Assembly (NCBI RefSeq): GCF_018350175.1
Contig: NC_058369.1
Location: forward strand, 16,866,001-16,930,000
DNA length: 64,000 bases
DNA from: Felis catus
Lineage: Eukaryota
Direction of reading: 5' to 3'
This document shows positions 1-10,358 of this stretch, in pieces. Position 1 is the stretch's first letter. Every line of letters starts with the position of its first letter. Position numbers and translations under genes: made by a program. Under the pieces are notes generated by a model that worked only from the letters and a program-made list of their open reading frames with translations, was not told the origin of the DNA and ran no database searches.

Positions 1-1282
1 CCGTGTGTAGGTGACAGAGAACATGGCAGGTGGGACACGGAGGGCCGCGTTTCTTGGCTGGATTAAAAGTGCCAGTGGAGTTGTGTGGCTTGGAGGGAAG
101 GTTGCTTCCATTGTCTCCCAGAGATGGTGTTAGGAAGTACAAAGACAAATCTTCTCTATTTTAACCTTTTTATGTGTGCTTTATCGAGTATTTTAAAAAA
201 TGTGTAGCTAGCACATCAGATTTGTTGTTTCAAAGAGGTGGCAGCTTAAGATGTGGCTCCCGCTTTGAAAAATGGCGTCAGCCTGAAGGGAAAGGTTAAG
301 TCCCCATGGTATTTGATGACAGCAGAGGTTCTGATGGGGAGGGGGTGGTGACTAGATTCCAGACGCCCTGGTCACACCTTACCAGCATGGCCGTGAGCCT
401 TCGCCTTGCTCTGCGCCCTCTGGAGGCTGCTCCACAAGGGAGCTTACATTCCTGCTCCGAGAGGACGACGGGGCCCAGGGGAGAGCTGCTGAGTGGGACG
501 GGCCCCAGCTCTCCCTTCTGAGGCAGGGGCCTTGGAGCCCAGCTCCACAGGGTGGTGTCCTGGAGGGTTTCTTCTAGCAGGTGGTGCTGGCTAGCTGTCC
601 CCTGGAGTCCGGGGGTGGGGGGGGGGCTGGTTCACCCAGCTGGGGGGCGAGGGCGTGCACGGTGCCTCCGGCCCAGCCCTTTTTTGTGTTGGGCACTTGC
701 TTCTTGGAGAGTATGTTGTCTACTCTTCTCTGTGAGCACAGGTTTTGTCTGCTTTGTTTTGTGTCCCCAAAATGAGAAAAGTTTTGTTTTTTATAAAGAG
801 TAAAAGCATTCAATATAAAAAATAGAGTATTAAATACATATCCCTATGTATATAGAGAATAGGATAAATTACTTAGACCCAGTGGTAATCACGTAACATT
901 TTGGTGTATAACCTTCTAGAATCTTTTGTCTTTGTGTATACACCTAGTTGGCTCTCAGTATCTATGTAATTTTACATAAATGAAATCCTACTGCTCATCT
1001 GTTACTTTTTTTTTCCCCCAACGATAAATATGTCATAAACATCTAAACATAATAGAGACTCTTGTCTTCAGCCTTTGTGGCTGTAGAGTATTTTGTGGGT
1101 AGGTTTGACATAATTTATTTAAACAGTCCTCTTTAATGGAAATTTTGGTGGCATCCAGTATTTGGCCATGTTAATACTGTGATAAATACCCTGTGTGTTC
1201 ATCCAAGCATTTGCTTTACTGGGTATCTTTTACTGTAGGTTTTAGATATAGAACTGTGGGTCAGCATTAAGTACTTTAACGT

Positions 1283-1472
1283 TTTTTTCCTAGTATTTAT
1301 TTTTTTTGAGAGCAGCAGGGAGGGGCAGAGAGAGGCTAGGGGTGGCAGGGCACAGAGGATCTGAAGCAGGCTCTGAGCTGACAGCAGACAGCCTGATGTG
1401 AGGCTGGAACTCACAAACCCTGGGATCATGACCCGAGTTGAAGTCAGATGCTTAACTGAGCCACCCAGACAC
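1283..1472 (-). mobile_element. Can-SINE (SINEC)
   Basis: Reverse complement of the gtctgggtggctcagttaagcatctgacttc head, CT-rich stretch and A-tail. Confidence 0.88.
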
Positions 1473-1725
1473 ATCGTACATTAACATTTTTAATGTATGT
1501 TTTAAAACTGCCTTCCAGAAAGGTGAGACTGAGCTAGCCAGCCAGCCCTGGCTGGTGGGATGGGTGTTGAACAACTACAGGTATAGCTGTGGGCTTTCTT
1601 TGCATCCCTTGGAGTGTGCAGTCTCCTAGCTCAGATGTATGTTTCTTGGGCATCTGTGGGCAGACAGACCTGCCTGTACTCTACCCCAAATGATGGCAGG
1701 CCTGCTTCTCCCATCTGCCCCCCAG

Positions 1726-1853
1726 AATGCGGTCCGTGTCCCACGGGACTTTGAGGGCTGCAGTGTCCTCCGCAAGTACCTAGGCCAGCTCCACTACCTG
1801 CAGAGTCGGGTCCCCATGGGCTCGGGCCAAGAGGCCGCTGTTCCTGTCACCTG
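1726..1853 (+). CDS. PTPN23: PTPN23 exon 3 (BRO1)
   Basis: cccag|AATGCG...ACCTG|gtaag; NAVRVPRD...AVPVTW. Confidence 0.95.
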
Positions 1854-2105
1854 GTAAGAGCTGGCAGGCAGGGCTGGGGGGAGCCTGGAGGGTGCCTGGG
1901 CAGCCCAGGGTGTTTGGATGGTGGGGGTGTCCCTTCCCTTTACTCTCCTCCCCGCCCCCTTCCTTGCTGCCGAGGATGGGGAGTTGCTTGGTGTGGTCTC
2001 CCCAGGCCTCCCTCTGACCCGCAGTGGGGTAGCTGGTCCCATCACCTGGCCTCAAGGTCCCGGCCAGCTCCTTCCCTTAAGATGATGGGGGTGGCCTGTC
2101 TGCAG

Positions 2106-2182
2106 GACCGAGATCTTCTCTGGCAAGTCTGTGGCCCATGAGGACATCAAGTATGAGCAGGCCTGCATTCTCTACAACCTCG
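2106..2182 (+). CDS. PTPN23: PTPN23 exon 4
   Basis: tgcag|G...CTCG|gtgag; TEIFSGKSVAHEDIKYEQACILYNL. Confidence 0.95.
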
Positions 2183-2833
2183 GTGAGCTGCCTAACCCCT
2201 TCTCCATGTCCCTACCTCCCAGGCCCGCCAACCCAGGATCTCAGCTCAGCAGAAAGTCACAAAGGCAGTGTGCTCATGGACAGAAGGTCCCCGGATTCTG
2301 ACCCCTTCACTGCCTCCCCCATAGCTCTGCCAGCACCTCTTTTCTGGGCCGTGGGCAGCCACCTGCTGGGGAGAAGCTCCATTGGGCTGGCTGCCACATG
2401 GTGTTGCTGCTGAGTGCTCTGGCCAGGAGTAGCGACCTGTCTTCATAGACTGGACGGCACTGCCTTGGCTTCTGGTTGGTCTCAGCTAGCCCTGATGACT
2501 TGGCCTTAGTGTGGCTCAGGGGAGGCGCCTGGAGAGCCCCAGAGTCCTGTGTAGGCACCCCTGGGGCTTCAAGACTGGACCTGTAGGCTAGGGGCTATGG
2601 ATGGGAGCTCCTCCTTCCAACACCCACACCTCTGCCTGGTGTAGAGCAGCAGACTGAGGGGCTAGGCTGGACTTCTGAGTGTGTCCTTGGGCCAGCAGCC
2701 CCAGTTTTCAGATCCCGGTTTTCCTGACTGTGAGTGACAACACTGCCCCCTCTGCCTTACACTTGACAAAGGTGTGGGCAGCCTGGGGAGCAGCCCTGGG
2801 CCAGTCCTGACACCATGTTCTCTGACTCCCCAG

Positions 2834-2883
2834 GGGCACTGCACTCCATGTTGGGGGCCATGGACAAGCGAGTGTCTGAGGAG
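2834..2883 (+). CDS. PTPN23: PTPN23 exon 5
   Basis: cccag|GG...GAG|gtgag; GALHSMLGAMDKRVSEE. Confidence 0.95.
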
Positions 2884-3040
2884 GTGAGGAGGGAAGGGGC
2901 AGCGGGTGGGACAGAGGACATAACCCAGGAGGGGTGCTGAGTGTCCTTCACCTCCAGAGTTTGCGTCCTGTCCTGTGGGAGTGGACACGGGCAGCTATCT
3001 GGCTCTGCCTCTGGCCATCCTCCGCCTCTTCCCCTCCCAG

Positions 3041-3172
3041 GGCATGAAGGTCTCCTGCACTCACTTCCAGTGCGCGGCAGGCGCCTTTGCCTACCTGCGT
3101 GAGCACTTCCCTCATGCCTACAGCGTTGACATGAGTCGCCAGATCCTCACTCTCAATGTCAACCTCATGCTG
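3041..3172 (+). CDS. PTPN23: PTPN23 exon 6
   Basis: GMKVSCTHFQCAAGAF...NVNLML, AG/GT flanks. Confidence 0.95.
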
Positions 3173-3438
3173 GTGAGGAGGTGCCCTTGTTGGGGCCCGG
3201 TTGAATCCGGGGATGGGGACGGCTGGTGCCGGCTCCTAGACCAGGCCTTGTGCAGATGGCGGTGGGGCCTTGGCTTTGAGCTTTTGAGCCCCGGTGGGTC
3301 AGAGCAGGGCAGCGCTTCTTGGAGTAGGGGAGGTTGGAGGAGCGAGGACAGGGGAGGGGAATCCCTCTGTGGTCCCCCTGATGGGAAGGGTACGATCTCC
3401 GGGTAAACAAGCGAACGCACCTGCATTTGTTGGTCCAG

Positions 3439-3519
3439 GGCCAGGCTCAGGAGTGCCTTCTGGAGAAGTCAATGTTGGACAACAGGAAGAGCTTTCTGGT
3501 GGCCCGCATCAGTGCACAG
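3439..3519 (+). CDS. PTPN23: PTPN23 exon 7
   Basis: GQAQECLLEKSMLDNRKSFLVARISAQ, AG/GT flanks. Confidence 0.95.
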
Positions 3520-3613
3520 GTAGGGACGGGGGTGGGTGGTGGCCCTCAAGGGACTGAGAGCAGGCCTTTAGTTCACTCCTGACCCCCACTCACGGCCCCA
3601 TCCTGGCTCCCAG

Positions 3614-3745
3614 GTGGTGGATTACTACAAGGAGGCATGCCGGGCCTTGGAGAACCCTGACACCGCCTCGCTGCTGGGCCGGATCCAGAAGGACTGGAAG
3701 AAGCTCGTACAGATGAAGATCTACTACTTTGCAGCTGTGGCTCAT
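3614..3745 (+). CDS. PTPN23: PTPN23 exon 8
   Basis: VVDYYKEACRALENPD...YYFAAVAH|gtgcg. Confidence 0.95.
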
Positions 3746-3849
3746 GTGCGAGCACTGTGACCACTGGGGGGGGTGGGGGGGGGGGATGAGCCAGCGGGGG
3801 TGCTGCCACAGCTGGGAAGTAAGTGGTGGCGTCTCTTCTCTCTCGCCAG

Positions 3850-3897
3850 CTGCACATGGGGAAGCAGGCTGAGGAGCAGCAGAAGTTCGGGGAGCGG
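3850..3897 (+). CDS. PTPN23: PTPN23 exon 9
   Basis: LHMGKQAEEQQKFGER|gtgag. Confidence 0.95.
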
Positions 3898-4251
3898 GTG
3901 AGTGAGCCACGGCAGGGGGTTAGGACTAAGTCCAGCCTAGGAGGTGCTAGAGGGGAAACTTCCCTTACGGAGTAGGAGAGGTTGTCCTGGCCGTCCCTCA
4001 CGCCCACATCCTTGGCCACCGCTGGCTGTAGGCCTGGTGTTTCTTTTATGTTGTCCCATCTGTTTTCACCCTGATCCCAAGAGGCCTGAGGAGGTGGGGC
4101 AGGGGGTGACACTAAGCTGATGGCTTGGCTGGTGCCTGGCTGCTTCCTCAGCTTCTGGTCTTCTAATGGGTCACCCGATGGCCAGGCAGGGCTTAATGGG
4201 GTGGCAGCAGGAGGGAAGGATGGACCGGGCTCTGCCTGCTGCCCCGTACAG

Positions 4252-4308
4252 GTCGCATACTTCCAGAGTGCCCTGGACAAGCTTAATGAAGCCATCAAGT
4301 TAGCCAAG
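4252..4308 (+). CDS. PTPN23: PTPN23 exon 10
   Basis: VAYFQSALDKLNEAIKLAK|gtaaa. Confidence 0.95.
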
Positions 4309-4446
4309 GTAAAGCTGAGGAAGAGCGTGGCTGCCCCTCAGAGCCCTGAGAGTACATGGTGGGGCTGAGGGTTGTCCTGATGCCAGCTTGACTTGGTGCT
4401 GAGTGTCCTCCCCACTCCCCGCCCCTCCACCTTCCCTGTCCTACAG

Positions 4447-4505
4447 GGCCAGCCTGACACTGTGCAAGATGCGCTTCGCTTCACTATGGATGTCATTGGG
4501 GGAAA
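4447..4505 (+). CDS. PTPN23: PTPN23 exon 11
   Basis: GQPDTVQDALRFTMDVIGG(K)|gtgag. Confidence 0.95.
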
Positions 4506-4664
4506 GTGAGTCTGTGGGGCTGGTGGTGGCCCTGGTTCCTATTTGTCGGGAAGGGTCTTGGCCCTTTGCCTGCATCATGTACCTGAGAATAGTGGGCCCC
4601 CTGGGAGGCTAGGTCCTGGATCCCTGCTGATTGCTGGACTCCCCACTTCCCCTTCTGACCCCAG

Positions 4665-4744
4665 GTACAATTCTGCCAAAAAGGACAATGACTTCATCTA
4701 CCACGAGGCTGTCCCAGTACTGGACACCCTGCAGCCCGTGAAAG
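4665..4744 (+). CDS. PTPN23: PTPN23 exon 12
   Basis: YNSAKKDNDFIYHEAVP, the BRO1 KDNDFIY motif. Confidence 0.95.
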
Positions 4745-4858
4745 GTCTGGAGCTGAGCCGAGGCTGAGGCTTGGGGTAGGGGGTGAAGACGGGAGGACAG
4801 AACAGAGGCAGACTCCGCTTGTGTGGACTTGGTCTCCAGTTGTTCCTCTCCCTCCCAG

Positions 4859-4973
4859 GTGCCCCCTTGGTAAAGCCCTTACCAGTGAACCCCACAGACC
4901 CGGCCGTCACGGGCCCTGACATCTTTGCCAAACTGGTACCCATGGCTGCCCACGAAGCGTCGTCACTGTACAG
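4859..4973 (+). CDS. PTPN23: PTPN23 exon 13
   Basis: APLVKPLPVNPTDPAVTGPDIFAKLVPMAAHEASSLY. Confidence 0.95.
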
Positions 4974-5066
4974 GTGGGCGGGAGGGGCCGGCCCCGTTCT
5001 TAGCACACGTGGGGTTGGGATGTCTCAGGACATAGGTTTCCAACAACTGCTCTGTCACTTCTGCAG

Positions 5067-5132
5067 TGAGGAGAAGGCCAAGCTGCTTCGGGAGATGATG
5101 GCCAAGATTGAGGACAAGAATGAAGTCCTGGA
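5067..5132 (+). CDS. PTPN23: PTPN23 exon 14
   Basis: EEKAKLLREMMAKIEDKNEVL|gtgag. Confidence 0.95.
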
Positions 5133-5503
5133 GTGAGTGTGGGGCTGGAGGTGACACAGCAGATGTCTGTGGGGTCCCCAGTGCTGCCTGCAGCAGGGAA
5201 AGGAATAACGAATGTCCTCTTGCCCCAGGTTTCCTAGCACTGCTTTTCCTGCCCGTGGTCTCGGGTGCTGGATTTAGAGGGTGAAAGTCATATGTCTTGG
5301 GAGGACAGTGTCCCTCTGTCGCATTTTCTTCACCAGTGCCCTGGGTCTGTTCTGCGGGGCCAGGTCAAGACCTCCAGTGGTAGAGTCAGGATGCGAACTT
5401 GCCCTTTGCTAGGACCTCAGACCCAGTTTCAGTGGTGGGGCTCGCTCTCGGGAGAGGAGTGAGAAGTTAGGTCAACACCCACCTGGTCCTCTTGCCCTCA
5501 CAG

Positions 5504-5649
5504 CCAGTTCATGGATTCGATGCAGTTGGATCCGGAGACCGTGGACAACCTTGATGCGTACAGCCACATCCCGCCCCAGCTTATGGAAAAGTGTGCCGCT
5601 CTCAGTGTCCGGCCCGACACCGTCAGGAACCTTGTCCAGTCCATGCAGG
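5504..5649 (+). CDS. PTPN23: PTPN23 exon 15
   Basis: QFMDSMQLDPETVDNL...LVQSMQ|gtgag. Confidence 0.95.
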
Positions 5650-5936
5650 GTGAGCAAGTGGGGAGAAACAAGTGGGTGGTGGAGGTCACCTGTAGGGGCC
5701 GCCTCCGTGTCCTCTGTTCCCCGAGGACAGAGGTTAGACTTCTGAGCACTAGGCACGAGCGCCCACCTCCATCCCTCCGTGGATCCCTGTACCCTGTGTG
5801 CCCTGCTCGGCGAGCACTGGGTCACACACGGGCCCTTGACTGAGTGGGTGGTTCTGTCTCCCTGGGGATGGACACAAACGGGTGCCTGGTGTGCCTACCT
5901 CAGGAACTGCGCCCCCCCTCCCCCGACACCCCCTAG

Positions 5937-6257
5937 TGCTGTCAGGTGTGTTCACGGATGTGGAGGCCTCCCTGAAGGACATCAGGGAGCTGCTGGAGGA
6001 GGATGAGCTGCTTGAGCAGAAGTTGCAGGAGACCCTGGGCCAGGCCGGGGCCAGCCTGGCGGGAGGGGCCGGCTCCAAGGCAGAGCTGGCCGAGGTGAGG
6101 CGAGACTGGGCCAAGTACATGGAGGTCCACGAGAAGGCCTCCTTCACCAACAGCGAGCTGCACCGCGCCATGAATCTGCACGTCGGTAACCTGCGCCTGC
6201 TCAGCGGGCCGCTGGACCAGGTCCGGGCTGCCCTGCCCACGCCAGCCCTCACCCCAG
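5937..6257 (+). CDS. PTPN23: PTPN23 exon 16 (V domain)
   Basis: LSGVFTDVEASLKDI...LPTPALTP|gtgag. Confidence 0.95.
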
Positions 6258-6331
6258 GTGAGTCCCTCCCCTCCCCGGGGCAAGGGAGGCAGGGCTGGAG
6301 GCTCCAGTCTCACGACCGCTGCTGCTCCCAG

Positions 6332-6486
6332 AGGACAAGGCCGTGCTGCAGAATCTGAAGCGCATCCTGGCCAAGGTGCAGGAGATGCGGGACCAGCGCG
6401 TGTCCCTGGAGCAGCAGCTGCGTGAGCTTATCCAGAAGGATGACATCACCGCGTCACTGGTGACCACGGACCACTCGGAGATAAAG
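6332..6486 (+). CDS. PTPN23: PTPN23 exon 17
   Basis: DKAVLQNLKRILAKVQEM...TDHSEIK|gtggg. Confidence 0.95.
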
Positions 6487-6573
6487 GTGGGTGGGTGAGC
6501 AGGGGGAGTGTCTCTGGGCTCCGCCTGTAAGCGGCGAGGCCCTGAGTGTCTGTCCTCCGCCTCCTTCCCGCAG

Positions 6574-6725
6574 AAGCTGTTCGAGGAGCAGCTGAAGAAG
6601 TATGACCAGCTGAGGGTGTACCTGGAGCAGAACCTGGCGGCCCAGGACAACGTCCTGCGGGCGCTGACAGAGGCCAACGTGCAGTACGCGGCCGTGCGGC
6701 GGGTGCTTAGTGACCTGGACCAAAA
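6574..6725 (+). CDS. PTPN23: PTPN23 exon 18
   Basis: KLFEEQLKKYDQL...LSDLDQ|gtcagt. Confidence 0.93.
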
Positions 6726-6818
6726 GTCAGTGTCCGGCCCCCTGCTTTTTCTTGCCCGGCCTCCCGCCCAGAGCGCGGCCTAAGCTGCTCACCTCGTGCT
6801 GGCCCTTCTGCCCCCCAG

Positions 6819-6998
6819 GTGGAAGTCCACACTGCAGACCCTGGTGGCCTCCTGTGAGGCCTATGAGGACCTGATGAAAAAGTCCCAGGAGGGCAAGGAC
6901 TTCTATGCCGACCTGGAGAGCAAGGTGGCTGCCCTCTTGGAACGGGCCCAGTCCACCTGCCAGGCCCGAGAGGCTGCCCGCCAGCAGCTCCTGGACAG
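6819..6998 (+). CDS. PTPN23: PTPN23 exon 19
   Basis: WKSTLQTLVAS...GKDFYADLESKV...QQLLD|gtggg. Confidence 0.95.
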
Positions 6999-7071
6999 GT
7001 GGGTGCGGCCCCACACCCCAGGCTAGGCCGACAGGGGTCTGGCTCCATGACTTCCTCACCTCGTTCTGCAG

Positions 7072-8893
7072 GGAGCTGAAGAAGAAGCCACCCCCACGGC
7101 CCACCGCCCCGAAGCCGCTGCTGCCCCGGAGGGAGGAAGGAGAGGCGGTAGAGACAGCAGACCTGCCTGAAGAGCTGCGCAGCCTGCCTCCAGACATGGT
7201 GGCCGGCCCACGGCCACCCGACACCTACTTGGGAGCCGCCGCCCCTCTCCACTTTCCTCCCGGCCCCTTCCCCAGTGTTGCAGGCCCGGGACCCCACTAT
7301 CTCTCAGGACCCTTACCTCCTGGTACCTACTCGGGCCACACCCAGGTATTGCCACCCAGGGTCCCCCAGGCCCCAGGACACCCTGCAATGGCCATGGCCC
7401 CCGGACCTGCCCTCTACCCGGCCCCTGCCTACACACCAGAGCTGGGCCTCGTGCCCCGATCCTCCCCACAGCACGGCGTGGTGAGCGGCCCCTATGCGGG
7501 GGTAGGGCCACCCCCACCGGTGGCAGGTCTACCCTCAGCCCCACCTCCCCAGTTTTCGGGCCCTGAGTTGGCCATGGGGGTTCGGCCAGCCACCACCACG
7601 GTAGATAGCATCCAGGCTCCCATCTCCAGCCACACGGCACCACGGCCAAACCCTAGCCCTGCTCCTCCCCAGCCCTGCTTCCCGGTGTCCCCACCGCAGC
7701 CACAACTGCTTCCTGCACCCTACACCTACCCTCTGGGGACCAAGCAACCCCTCACAGCTCCCCCTGCCCAGCACCACTTTCCTCCTGGGATTCCCCCAGG
7801 TTTTCCAGCCCCGAGGGTGGGGCCCCAGCCCCAGCCCCAGCCCCAGCCCCAGCCCCAGCCTCAGCCTCATCCCACAGGAGTAGCATTTGGGCCCCAGCCC
7901 CCGCAGCAGCCCCTTCCACTCCAGCATCCGAACCTCTTCCCACCCCAGGCTCCAGGGCGGGTACCCCTCCAGCCCTCCCAGCCCCCCCAGCCTCCCTATC
8001 CCTTCACCCCTCAGCCTGGTGTCCTGGGACAGCCAACGCCGCCCCTGCACACACAGCTCTACCCAGGCCCCTCTCAGGACCCTCTGCCGCCCCATTCAGG
8101 GGCTCTGCCCTTCCCCAGCCCTGGGCCACCTCAGTCTCCCCATCCCACCTTGGCATATGGTCCTGCCCCTTCCTCCCGGCCTCTGGGCCCCCAGGCAGCC
8201 CCTCTCTCCATTCGAGGTCCCTCACCTGCTGGCCAGCCCCCGCCCAACCCCCACCTGGTGCCTTCTCCGGCCCCATCACCGGGGCCTGGCCCGGTACCTC
8301 CTCAGCCCCCCGCAGCAGAGCCGCCCCCGTGCGCGCGCCGGGGCACCGCGACCGCGGACCTGCTCTCCTCCAGCCCTGAGAGTCAGCACGGGGGCGCACA
8401 GCCCCCCGGGGGCGGGCAGCCCCTGCTGCAGCCTACGAAGGTGGACGCGGCTGAGGGCCGCCGGCCACAGGCCCTGCGGCTGATTGAGCGGGACCCCTAC
8501 GAGCGCCCCGAGAGGCTGCAGCAGTTGCAGCAGGAGCTGGAGGCCTTCAGGGGCCAGCTGGGCGACGCAGGGGCTCTGGACGCCGTGTGGCGAGAGCTGC
8601 AGGAAGCACAGGAACAGGACGCCCGGGGCCGGTCCATCGCCATCGCGCGCTGCTACTCGCTGAAGAACCGGCACCAGGACGTCATGCCCTACGACAGTAA
8701 CCGCGTGGTGCTGCGTTCGGGCAAGGATGACTACATCAACGCCAGCCGCGTGGAGGGGCTCTCGCCGTACTGCCCGCCCTTGGTGGCCACCCAGGCACCA
8801 CTGCCCGGCACAGCCGCTGACTTCTGGCTCATGGTGCACGAGCAGAAGGTGTCGGTCATCGTCATGCTGGTGTCTGAGGCTGAGATGGAGAAG
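7072..8893 (+). CDS. PTPN23: PTPN23 exon 20 (1822 nt; proline-rich/His domain and start of PTP domain)
   Basis: ELKKKPPPRPTAPKP...KNRHQDVMPYD...DYINAS...EAEMEK|gtaag; an alternative donor lies 30 nt downstream. Confidence 0.93.
7823..7870 (+). repeat. Coding hexamer repeat (CCCCAG)6 CCTCAG CCTCAT encoding (PQ)7PH
   Basis: Read directly. Confidence 0.95.
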
Positions 8894-8995
8894 GTAAGGG
8901 GGGAGGGAGGGGTGCCGGAGAAGGTAAGAGGGGGCGGGGGGTGCCCAAGAAGGACCCTGCAAAGAGCCCTAACTGCCTCATCTGTTTTCTGTCAG

Positions 8996-9180
8996 CAAAA
9001 GGTGGCACGCTATTTCCCCACTGAGAGGGGCCAGCCCATGGTGCACGGTGCCCTGAGCCTGGCGCTGAGCAGCGTCCGCGCCACCGAGACCCACGTGGAG
9101 CGCGTGCTGAGCCTGCAGTTCCGCGACCAGAGCCTCAAGCGCTCGCTCGTGCACCTCCACTTCCCCACGTGGCCCGAGTT
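8996..9180 (+). CDS. PTPN23: PTPN23 exon 21
   Basis: QKVARYFPTERGQ...HFPTWPE|gtgcgt. Confidence 0.94.
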
Positions 9181-9266
9181 GTGCGTCTGCTGCCCCGGGG
9201 TGGGGACGGTCGGGGCGTCGGATGGGGTCCCCCTCCGGCTCACGGGTCCTGCCCCCACCCCCGCAG

Positions 9267-9371
9267 AGGCCTGCCCGACAGCCCCAGCAACTTGCTGCGC
9301 TTCATCCAGGAGGTGCACGCGCACTACCTGCATCAGCGGCCCCTGCACACGCCGGTCATCGTGCACTGCAG
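9267..9371 (+). CDS. PTPN23: PTPN23 exon 22
   Basis: GLPDSPSNLLRFIQEV...PVIVHC|gtaag. Confidence 0.95.
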
Positions 9372-9449
9372 GTAAGGCACGGAGCGGGGAGCGGGCACTT
9401 GCCCGCGGGGGTCCTCCGGCCCCGGCCTCACGCCCCCTTCCCGCCGCAG

Positions 9450-9588
9450 CTCCGGGGTGGGCCGGACCGGGGCCTTTGCGCTGCTCTACGCGGCTGTGCA
9501 GGAGGTAGAGGCCGGAAACGGGATCCCCGAGCTGCCCCGGCTGGTGCGGCGCATGCGGCAGCAGAGGAAACACATGCTGCAGGAGAAA
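9450..9588 (+). CDS. PTPN23: PTPN23 exon 23
   Basis: SGVGRTGAFALLY...RKHMLQEK|gtaag. Confidence 0.95.
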
Positions 9589-9686
9589 GTAAGGGGCTCG
9601 GCCGGTGGGCGCTGGACGGGGCGGGGGGCCTGCCCCGGGGGTGACGAGGCCCCGCCTAGCTGACCGGGCCGGGGGCACCGCTGCAG

Positions 9687-9800
9687 CTGCACCTCAGGTT
9701 CTGCCACGAGGCGGTGGTGAGACACGTGGAGCAAGTGCTGCAGCGCCACGGTGTGCCCCCTCCGGGCAGGGCTCCGGCCGGCACAGGCAGCAGTCAGAAG
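9687..9800 (+). CDS. PTPN23: PTPN23 exon 24
   Basis: LHLRFCHEAVVRHVEQVLQRHGVPP...SQK|gtgag. Confidence 0.9.
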
Positions 9801-9878
9801 GTGAGGAAGGCGCCCCTGGGGGAGGCTGGGCCGGCCACAGCCCCGTGGACTCGTTTTCATGTGCCTCTGTCTCCACAG

Positions 9879-10358
9879 AATCACCTTCCTCAGGACTCCC
9901 AGGACCTGGTTCTCGGTGGAGACGTGCCCATCAGCTCCATCCAGGCCACCATCGCCAAGCTCAGCATTCGGCCTGCTGGGGGCCTGGATTCTCCGGCTGC
10001 CGGCCTCCCTGCCCCTGTAGAGCCCCCAGGCCTGCCGCCAGCCAGCCTCCCGGAGTCGGCCCAGCTCCCCTCCTCCTCCCCACCCCCTCTCTCTTCACCG
10101 CTGCCCGAGGTCCCCCAGCCTGAGGAGGAACAGCCAGCACCTGCGCCTCCCAGCCTGGGGCCCCCCTCTTCCTCCCTGGAGCTGTTGGCCTCCCTAACCC
10201 CGGAGGCCTTCTCCCTGGACAGCTCCTTGCGAGGAAAGCAGCGGATGAGCAAGCAGAACTTTCTGCAGGCCCATAATGGGCAGGGTCTGCGGGCTGCCAG
10301 GCCCACCGATGACCCCCTTAGCCTTCTGGATCCGCTCTGGACGCTCAACAAGACCTGA
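9879..10358 (+). CDS. PTPN23: PTPN23 exon 25 (last coding exon, TGA at 10356-10358)
   Basis: NHLPQDSQDLVLGGDVP...DPLWTLNKT*. Confidence 0.96.
   Translation, partial: NHLPQDSQDLVLGGDVPISSIQATIAKLSIRPAGGLDSPAAGLPAPVEPPGLPPASLPESAQLPSSSPPPLSSPLPEVPQPEEEQPAPAPPSLGPPSSSLELLASLTPEAFSLDSSLRGKQRMSKQNFLQAHNGQGLRAARPTDDPLSLLDPLWTLNKT

Larger units (their letters stand above)
8280..9850. promoter_or_regulatory. Intragenic CpG-rich island over PTPN23 exons 20-24
   Basis: Visibly dense CG dinucleotides in exons and introns; not computed. Confidence 0.65.
1726..10358 (+). other. PTPN23: PTPN23 (HD-PTP) coding span: BRO1 - V/coiled-coil - Pro/His-rich - PTP-like - C-terminal PEST; 5' exons lie outside the window
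   Basis: 23 GT-AG exons join in frame (4824 nt including TGA); peptides NAVRVPRDFEGCSVLRKYLGQL, FYADLESKV, KNRHQDVMPYD, VHCSSGVGRTG, LLDPLWTLNKT*. Confidence 0.98.

Noticed and set aside
6905..9508. 867-aa single ORF
   Set aside because: It is PTPN23 exons 20-21 plus read-through of flanking introns, not a separate gene
3573..10351. Many antisense ORFs across PTPN23
   Set aside because: Expected mirror frames of GC-rich coding exons
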